Source: an uncultured Alphaproteobacteria bacterium
GTDB lineage: Bacteria; Pseudomonadota; Alphaproteobacteria; HIMB59; GCA-002718135
Assembly (NCBI GenBank): GCA_902621855.1
Contig: CACNNQ010000005.1
Location: 1,557-65,556, forward strand
Direction of reading: 5' to 3'
Length of the DNA stretch: 64,000 bases
The notes beneath the pieces are model-generated. The model made no database searches. It saw only the letters and a program-made list of their open reading frames with translations, and was not told the origin of the DNA. A program made the translations under genes and the position numbers. Positions 57,762 to 64,000 of this stretch are shown here, one piece after another. Within the stretch, counting starts at the first letter, position 1. The number at the start of each line of letters is the position of its first letter.

Positions 57762-58364
57762 TTATTTATGTATATCTAACCTTAATGATTGTGGAGGGTC
57801 TGCAAAATTATATACCCCAACGCTTTTTGTAATTGATCTAATTTTATTTTTATTAAAATAGTCTTCATCTTTTACACACAACCATCCAGTTATTCCTCCT
57901 TTGTAATAACCAACAACAAAAGGTACTAAACCACCACTATAAAATAAACATTTTAATTTATTATCAAATATGAATTGTTGATAACGGACTATTTCTTTAT
58001 TTCCCTTTAGTCCCTTTTTTTTACTTATTATTTCAATTAAATTTGAATGAAATTTTCTATCCTCATTTTCAGGGCTATACAAAGAGCAATATTTATCTAG
58101 TATTTGTGTGGGCATTTCATCTTGAATATCATGAATTAATTTTTTTAATTTTCCCCCTAAAAATTCTGAAGCGTCAAATGCCCATGCAAAGTCATAAACT
58201 CTTACATAAGCTACAAGAGCACAAAATTGATCATTATCCCATAATAGTAATTCACCATCTACTCCTGCACCTACATTCCCATGTCCTTTAAATCCTATAG
58301 GATCCATCGTATTTAAAATTGGATCATAAACTGAAACATTAATTTCCTCAGGTGGAACTTCCAT
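57762..58364 (-). CDS. hypothetical protein (200-aa ORF)
   Basis: A long ORF with no family I recognise. Its ATG follows directly after an in-frame TAG that ends a signal-peptide-like mini-ORF. Confidence 0.6.
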   Translation of the reverse strand: MEVPPEEINVSVYDPILNTMDPIGFKGHGNVGAGVDGELLLWDNDQFCALVAYVRVYDFAWAFDASEFLGGKLKKLIHDIQDEMPTQILDKYCSLYSPENEDRKFHSNLIEIISKKKGLKGNKEIVRYQQFIFDNKLKCLFYSGGLVPFVVGYYKGGITGWLCVKDEDYFNKNKIRSITKSVGVYNFADPPQSLRLDIHK

Positions 58365-58451
58365 CTATTTGTCATGTCCAATAATTACTGGTCCATGTGC
58401 AATAGCTATTTTTGTAATAAAAAAGATTAGGATAGATATAAATAATTTCAT
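57762..58451 (-). pseudogene. possible interrupted secreted-protein gene (signal peptide + TAG + body in one frame)
   Basis: ATG at 58451 with a GGAAG just upstream. It encodes MKLFISILIFFITKIAIAHGPVIIGHDK, then TAG (58367-58365), then ATG 58364 in the same frame. Confidence 0.4.
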
Positions 58452-58538
58452 TAACTTCCAACTTAAACTATTAAAATTATTTTTTAAAACGTCAAATAGG
58501 CTTTTTTATTAATAAAAAACTGTTTTAGTTATAGACTA

Positions 58539-58955
58539 TTATTTTGAATATGCATCAGCGTATTCTTTAATTTTTTCTAACATGGAATAAACGCCATTTC
58601 TTCTACCAGGTGTTAAAAGTGTATCTAACTCAAGAATGTTTAGAAGAGAGAGATCTGATTTTTTTATTTCCAAAGGTGTTCTATCTCCATATATATCACA
58701 AAGTATTGTTACCATTCCTTTGGATATAAAGGCATCAGAATCATAATAGAATGATAATAAATTTTGATTTAATTTTGGTACTAACCAAACTTGAGCTTGG
58801 CATCCTGAAACCTTAAATGTTTCATTTCTAAATTCTTCTGGAAAATTTTTTGCTTTTTTTGCCTGATCGATTAAAAATTTGTATTTTTCCATACCATCAT
58901 CAAATAAATCCAAACTTTCTTTATAATAATTAATTTTTTCCTCGATAGACTTCAT
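58539..58955 (-). CDS. sufE: SufE-like cysteine desulfuration/sulfur acceptor protein
   Basis: 138 aa with the SGCQAQVWL active-site cysteine motif. Confidence 0.88.
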   Translation of the reverse strand: MKSIEEKINYYKESLDLFDDGMEKYKFLIDQAKKAKNFPEEFRNETFKVSGCQAQVWLVPKLNQNLLSFYYDSDAFISKGMVTILCDIYGDRTPLEIKKSDLSLLNILELDTLLTPGRRNGVYSMLEKIKEYADAYSK

Positions 58956-60001
58956 GACATATATTTTTTTAAAATACTGACAGACTCTTCAGGTAATACA
59001 TCCATTATAAAAACTCCAGCCATAGATTCTGATCCAGCTAATACTTTTGGTTTATCACCATGTCTTAAAGGCGGATAAAACTCAACATGAAAATGAAATT
59101 TATTATCTTCTAGATTTGGTGATGCATGTAAACCCATAATATAAGGACATTTTTTATTAAGAAAGTTATCATAGCATTTAACAACTTTTTGAATACAGAA
59201 AGCAAAATCTTCAATCTGGATATCAGTAAACTTCCATGGACCTTCTATTTGTTTTTTTGGTACTATCCATATTTCATAAGCGTATCTAGCAAAAGGTGGT
59301 ATTGTTACAACAAAACTATCATTTTGATACAGATTGTATTTTGTTTCTAGTTGAGACATAATTTTTAATAAGAAATTTTCTTTTTGGAATGAATTTAATT
59401 CTGTTTCAATAGCAGGTGGAATAAACGGATACCCATATATTTGCCCGTGTGGATGATGAAGGGTGACTCCACACTCTTCTCCTCTATTTTCGAAAGGAAG
59501 AACATATTTAATATTTTGATTTTTATATAATTCAATATATCTATCGATCCAAACTTTAACTAATAGCTCAACTCTTTCTATAGGCATTTCAGATATAGTA
59601 TGAGAATGTTCGGAAGAATAAACAATTACTTCGCATTCTCCTTTTGAAGGCCTACTAATAACACCATCTAAAAATATGTTTCTGCTTAATGAATTAAAAC
59701 TTGCCCACCGATTGGGAAAAACTGCAATTTCAAAGTCAGAAAAAGGAATTTCAGTTGGAAAATCTAAATTTTTACCAGGACATAAAGGACAATATTCTTT
59801 TGGAGGGAAAGATGTTCTATTTTTTCTACCAGAAGAATATGTAACCCACTCATTTCTTGATGGATTCCATCGCATATGTGGTTCTGGAATTTCAGTTATT
59901 TTAAGTTCTTTCCCACTTTCTTCATAATGCTGATTATACCCAAATAATAGTAAATATTTTTTATCATTTCTTTTAAAATTTCTTTTATGAATTTTTTCCA
60001 T
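58952..60001 (-). CDS. galT: galactose-1-phosphate uridylyltransferase
   Basis: 349 aa with a CPLCPG zinc site and the HPHGQIY His-Pro-His active site. Confidence 0.9.
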   Translation of the reverse strand: MEKIHKRNFKRNDKKYLLLFGYNQHYEESGKELKITEIPEPHMRWNPSRNEWVTYSSGRKNRTSFPPKEYCPLCPGKNLDFPTEIPFSDFEIAVFPNRWASFNSLSRNIFLDGVISRPSKGECEVIVYSSEHSHTISEMPIERVELLVKVWIDRYIELYKNQNIKYVLPFENRGEECGVTLHHPHGQIYGYPFIPPAIETELNSFQKENFLLKIMSQLETKYNLYQNDSFVVTIPPFARYAYEIWIVPKKQIEGPWKFTDIQIEDFAFCIQKVVKCYDNFLNKKCPYIMGLHASPNLEDNKFHFHVEFYPPLRHGDKPKVLAGSESMAGVFIMDVLPEESVSILKKYMS

Positions 60002-60968
60002 TTAATTTTTTTTCCCAATCTACTGAAGATTTTAATATAATTTCCAAATTATCAAATTCAGGTTTCCAATTTAAATGACTTTTAATTTTAGATGTTTCTG
60101 CAATTAATTTTTCTACATCACCTTTTCTTCTTTTTGAATATTTAAAATTAATTTTATTTTTATATAACTTTTTTGCGCAGTCGATTACTTCTTGAACACT
60201 ATAACCCTTACCATAACCACAATTAAAAATATTAGATTCATTGTTATTTAATAAATACTTTGCAGTTTCAATATGTATGTTTGCTAGATCAGAAACATGT
60301 ATATAGTCTCTTATTGCAGTGCCATCCTTGGTGGAGTAATCATTCCCAAAAATTTCAATCAAATCTTTTTTTCCAACTATAACTTCAGATAATATTTTTA
60401 TTAAATGTGTTGATTGTTTTGACATCTGACCCGCTCTCATTTTAGTATCTGCTCCTGCAACATTAAAATATCTTAAAATAATATAATTGAATTCACTAAT
60501 ATTATTTATCAAATAATTTTCTGTTTTAATTTTAGACTCAGCATATGGATTCTGAGGATTTAATATACAGTTTTCATTAATTAAATTATCTGTATTTAAT
60601 TCACCATAAGCTGCAGCAGTGGATGAAAAAATTATATTATTTAAATCATTATTTTTGCAAATTTGAAAAAGTTTAATTGAATTATTTGTATTGTTTTCAA
60701 AATATTTGTCTGGATTTTCAACTGATTCTTCGACTTGTATGTAACCAGCAAAGTGCATTAAAATATCAAAATTATTAGTTTTCACAATTTGAGCAATTTG
60801 TTTTTCATCATTTATATTACAATTTGTAAAACTAGCATTCTTAGGAATAAGTTTTATATTTCCAGTCGATAAATTGTCAATAATATGAACTTTGTAACCT
60901 TTATCAATTAAAGAGAGCGCAACATGACTTCCAATATAGCCAGCACCACCTGTAAGAAGTATATTCAT
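59985..60968 (-). CDS. galE: UDP-glucose 4-epimerase
   Basis: 327 aa with GGAGYIGSH, a YAESK catalytic motif and an extended SDR layout. Confidence 0.9.
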   Translation of the reverse strand: MNILLTGGAGYIGSHVALSLIDKGYKVHIIDNLSTGNIKLIPKNASFTNCNINDEKQIAQIVKTNNFDILMHFAGYIQVEESVENPDKYFENNTNNSIKLFQICKNNDLNNIIFSSTAAAYGELNTDNLINENCILNPQNPYAESKIKTENYLINNISEFNYIILRYFNVAGADTKMRAGQMSKQSTHLIKILSEVIVGKKDLIEIFGNDYSTKDGTAIRDYIHVSDLANIHIETAKYLLNNNESNIFNCGYGKGYSVQEVIDCAKKLYKNKINFKYSKRRKGDVEKLIAETSKIKSHLNWKPEFDNLEIILKSSVDWEKKLNGKNS

Positions 60969-61032
60969 TGTTTAATATCTTTATAAATTAATCTAAAATA
61001 ATTTAAAATAACTAAACATATATTTTAATTAA

Positions 61033-63069
61033 ATGACCTCTAAAGCAGAATTAGAAAAAAAAATAATTAATTTAATCCAATTTTTTGAAAAAAAATTATA
61101 TGATGATGTCATACAAGACGCTAAAATTTTATATGACAATCATAAGGAATTACCAATTTTTCCTAATCTAATTGGGGCTTCTTATGCAGGAAAAAATGAA
61201 CACCAAGATGCAATACGTTTCTATCAAGAAGCTCTTAATCTTCAAAAGCAAAATTTTGAAATATTAAATAATATCGCAAAAAGTTTAATAGCTTTAGAGC
61301 AGTATGATGAGGCACTTAAATATCTTAAAGAATCTATAAAAATGCATACCAACAATCATGATGCATATTTTAACATTGGTAAAATTTACCAAAAACAAAA
61401 TTTATTAGATCTATCTATTGAAAATTATTTAAAATCAATTCAAATTAATATTAATTTTCCTATAGGTCATTATAATACAGCAATCGTCTATTCACAATTA
61501 GGTGATTTTAAAGCTTCAGAATTTCACTATAAAAAAGCAATAGCTTTAAATAGCAAGTATACAAAAGCATATAATAATTTAGGAAGTCTTTACATAAAAT
61601 TAAAAAAATTTGAATTAGCTAGTCGAAATTTACAAAAAGCAATATCTTTATCACCAATGTACGTAGAAGCTTTACATAATATTGGAATATTAGAACTTGA
61701 AATGAAAAATTATACTTCGGCACTTTCTTATTTTAATAAAGCTCTTTCATTAAACTCAAAGTTTTTTCAATCAAGTGCACAAGTTTTATTTCTTAAAAAG
61801 AAACTTTGTGATTGGTCATCTTTTGAAGATAACCAAAAAATAATAAAAAATATTACTAACTCAAAAGTAGCAGTAACTCCTTGGCAATTGTTATCATTAG
61901 ATGATAACCCAAAACAAGAGTATCTAAGAGCTCAAAACTATTCACAAATATTTAAAAATTTTCATTTAAAAACTTCATTTACAAAAAATAATAAAATCAA
62001 AGTTGGATATTTTACTCCAGATTTTTTTCTGCACGCTGGTATGATAAACATGGAAGGAATATTTAAATATCATAATAAATCTAAATTTGAGATTATTGGG
62101 TTTGATTATGGTTTTAAAAATAATGATGATACTCATTTTAGAATAAAAAATTATTTTGATAAATTTTACTATGTCCATGATTTATCAGACAAAGAAATTG
62201 CACAGTTATCAATAAAAAATGGAATTGATATTGCTATCCATAGAAATGGTTATAGTCAGAATTCAAGATCAAATATATTTAACTATCGTGCAGCACCAAT
62301 TCAAATAAGTTTTCTAGGATATCCCGGAACTACGTGTCTAGAATTCATTGACTATATAATTGCAGATAAAATTGTTATTCCAGAAGAAAATATTCAATAC
62401 TATTCAGAAAAAATTATTTATTTACCTAATACATATTACCCTACATACGATCAAAGAAAAATTTCCAAAAAAACCATAACTAGAGAACAATTTGGAATAG
62501 GCTCAAATACTTTTGTAATGTGTTGTTATAATAATACTTATAAAATCTCCCCAAGAGAGTTTGATATTTGGACGAGACTTTTAAAAAAGATACCTAATAG
62601 TTTGTTAATTCTTCTTGTTGAAAATGAACAAATAAAAATAAACTTACAATCTGAAATAATTAAAAGGAATTTAGAGTTAAATAAAGTAATGTTTTTTGAA
62701 TATACAGATAATGACAAACACTTAACGAGACATCAATTAGGTGATCTTTATTTAGATACCTTCAATTATAATGGTCATACCTCAGTTGTAGACTCTCTTT
62801 ATTCAGGCTTACCTGTTGTAACAATGATAGGAAAATCATTTTCTTCTAGGGTTGGTGCTAGTTTATTAAGTGCCATTGATATGAAAAACTTAATTACAAA
62901 TAATGAAACAGATTATGAAAATCTAATTCTTTCATTTGCAAAAAATCCGAATAAAGTTTTAGAAACAAAAAAAGAACTTCAATTTAAGAAAATAAATTCT
63001 AATCTTTTTGATACCAAGAAGTATGTACTCTCACTAGAAAAGACCTTTGAGAATATTTATCATAGCTAA
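61033..63069 (+). CDS. TPR-repeat protein with a C-terminal GT41 (SPINDLY/OGT-like) glycosyltransferase domain
   Basis: 678 aa. The N-terminal ~250 aa are tandem TPR-like repeats. The C-terminal half resembles bacterial SPINDLY-family O-GlcNAc transferase homologues (GYFTPDF, ISFLGYPGTT, LDTFNYNGHTS). Confidence 0.8.
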   Translation: MTSKAELEKKIINLIQFFEKKLYDDVIQDAKILYDNHKELPIFPNLIGASYAGKNEHQDAIRFYQEALNLQKQNFEILNNIAKSLIALEQYDEALKYLKESIKMHTNNHDAYFNIGKIYQKQNLLDLSIENYLKSIQININFPIGHYNTAIVYSQLGDFKASEFHYKKAIALNSKYTKAYNNLGSLYIKLKKFELASRNLQKAISLSPMYVEALHNIGILELEMKNYTSALSYFNKALSLNSKFFQSSAQVLFLKKKLCDWSSFEDNQKIIKNITNSKVAVTPWQLLSLDDNPKQEYLRAQNYSQIFKNFHLKTSFTKNNKIKVGYFTPDFFLHAGMINMEGIFKYHNKSKFEIIGFDYGFKNNDDTHFRIKNYFDKFYYVHDLSDKEIAQLSIKNGIDIAIHRNGYSQNSRSNIFNYRAAPIQISFLGYPGTTCLEFIDYIIADKIVIPEENIQYYSEKIIYLPNTYYPTYDQRKISKKTITREQFGIGSNTFVMCCYNNTYKISPREFDIWTRLLKKIPNSLLILLVENEQIKINLQSEIIKRNLELNKVMFFEYTDNDKHLTRHQLGDLYLDTFNYNGHTSVVDSLYSGLPVVTMIGKSFSSRVGASLLSAIDMKNLITNNETDYENLILSFAKNPNKVLETKKELQFKKINSNLFDTKKYVLSLEKTFENIYHS

Positions 63070-63170
63070 CTAACATAGAATTCTGTAATTAATTACTATT
63101 ATCAACTTTAAAATATTAAAATAAAAGTCTTTGAAAAAAGTTTATAAGGTGATAATTTGATTTTCTCGAA

Positions 63171-63908
63171 ATGAGATTAAAAAATAAAAAAATTGTAGTT
63201 ACTGCTGCTGCTCAAGGAATTGGAAAATCAACGGCACTTAAATTTGCTTTTGAGGGAGCATCTGTTATTGCTACAGATATTAACGAACAAAAACTAAATG
63301 AAATAAAAAATGAAAATGGTTCAATTGATACACAAAAACTTGATGCTACAAATAAAGAAGAGGTTCATAAATTTTGTTCTAGTATTGGGGATATTGATGT
63401 CCTATTTCATGCAGTTGGTTTTGTTCACCATGGTACTCTCATGGATTGTGATGATGAAGAATTTACACGTTCTGTGAATGTAAACATTTATTCTGCTTAT
63501 TTAATGAGCTATAATTTACTACCTAAAATGCTTAATAAGGGAAAAGGAAATATAATTATTGTGTCTTCTGCAGCATCAAACGTAAAAGGAGCGCCAAATA
63601 GATTTATTTATGGTACAACCAAAGCAGCTCTAAATGGATTTGTTAAAGCAGTTGCGGTTGATTATGTAAAACAAGGTATTCGTTGTAATGCTATATTACC
63701 AGGAACCGTAGAAACTCCTTCTTGGGAAGGAAGAGTTCAAATGGCGAGTGATCCAACACAAGCAAGAAAAGATTTTATTGCAAGACAAGCTATGGGTCGT
63801 TTAGCGCAACCTGATGAAATAGCTTCTCTTGCAACATATTTAGCAAGTGACGAATCAGACTTTGTGACAGGTACACTTAATTTAATTGATGGAGGATGGA
63901 CTTTATAA
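63171..63908 (+). CDS. short-chain dehydrogenase/reductase
   Basis: 245 aa with TAAAQGIG, the catalytic YGTTK and a C-terminal IDGGWT segment. Confidence 0.88.
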   Translation: MRLKNKKIVVTAAAQGIGKSTALKFAFEGASVIATDINEQKLNEIKNENGSIDTQKLDATNKEEVHKFCSSIGDIDVLFHAVGFVHHGTLMDCDDEEFTRSVNVNIYSAYLMSYNLLPKMLNKGKGNIIIVSSAASNVKGAPNRFIYGTTKAALNGFVKAVAVDYVKQGIRCNAILPGTVETPSWEGRVQMASDPTQARKDFIARQAMGRLAQPDEIASLATYLASDESDFVTGTLNLIDGGWTL

Positions 63909-64000
63909 TGAAAACTTTAAGATATAGAATTGGTAATGCGGTTAAACCAGGCATTTTAGATAATAATGGTAATGTTAGAGATGTATCTAGTTTAGTTAAA
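63908..64000 (+). CDS. fumarylacetoacetate-hydrolase-family protein, N-terminal fragment (runs off the window)
   Basis: A TAATG overlap with the SDR gene. MKTLRYRIGNAVKPGILDNNGNVRDVSSLVK resembles the N-terminal domain of FAH-family hydratases/isomerases. Only 31 codons are visible. Confidence 0.5.
   Translation, partial: MKTLRYRIGNAVKPGILDNNGNVRDVSSLVK

Overview
This is a very AT-rich, extremely compact bacterial chromosome segment. Most neighbouring genes abut or overlap by 1-8 nt, and I found no rRNA genes, IS elements, prophage genes or CRISPR arrays. Gene content and synteny point to a streamlined marine alphaproteobacterium of the SAR11/Pelagibacterales type; that is inferred from gene families and order, not from a database hit. 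Almost everything is core metabolism. In order, the main blocks are: leuCDB-asd; a contiguous TCA block sdhCDAB-mdh-sucCDAB-lpdA; tal and priA; the F1 ATP synthase operon atpHAGDC; a long minus-strand housekeeping array rplU-rpmA-obg-proB-proA-nadD-rsfS-ctpA-rppH ending in an 868-aa uncharacterised gene; gloB; metX-metW behind a SAM-II-class riboswitch; a chorismate mutase/aminotransferase fusion plus tyrA; plsC, lysA, argH; a FadN-like / acyl-CoA ligase / metY / hydrolase operon; coq7-dsbB-yqaA; two tRNAs (Arg-UCG, Leu-CAA); and sufE-galT-galE opposite a TPR/GT41 glycosyltransferase. I see no convincing multi-gene novel system such as a defence island. The points most worth a second look are listed here.
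- An rsfS gene the ORF track missed because it has no ATG/GTG/TTG start; ATT overlapping the nadD stop is the likely start.
- A G+C-enriched, foldable about 140-nt element in the one long spacer, upstream of sdhC.
- A secreted hypothetical gene whose signal peptide is cut off from its body by an in-frame TAG.
- The 868-aa orphan gene translationally coupled to rppH.
- The tight metY-containing acyl-CoA operon.
- An unlisted 46-codon ORF that exactly fills the MFS-zapE spacer.

All family assignments come from motif recognition by eye and need a homology search to confirm.
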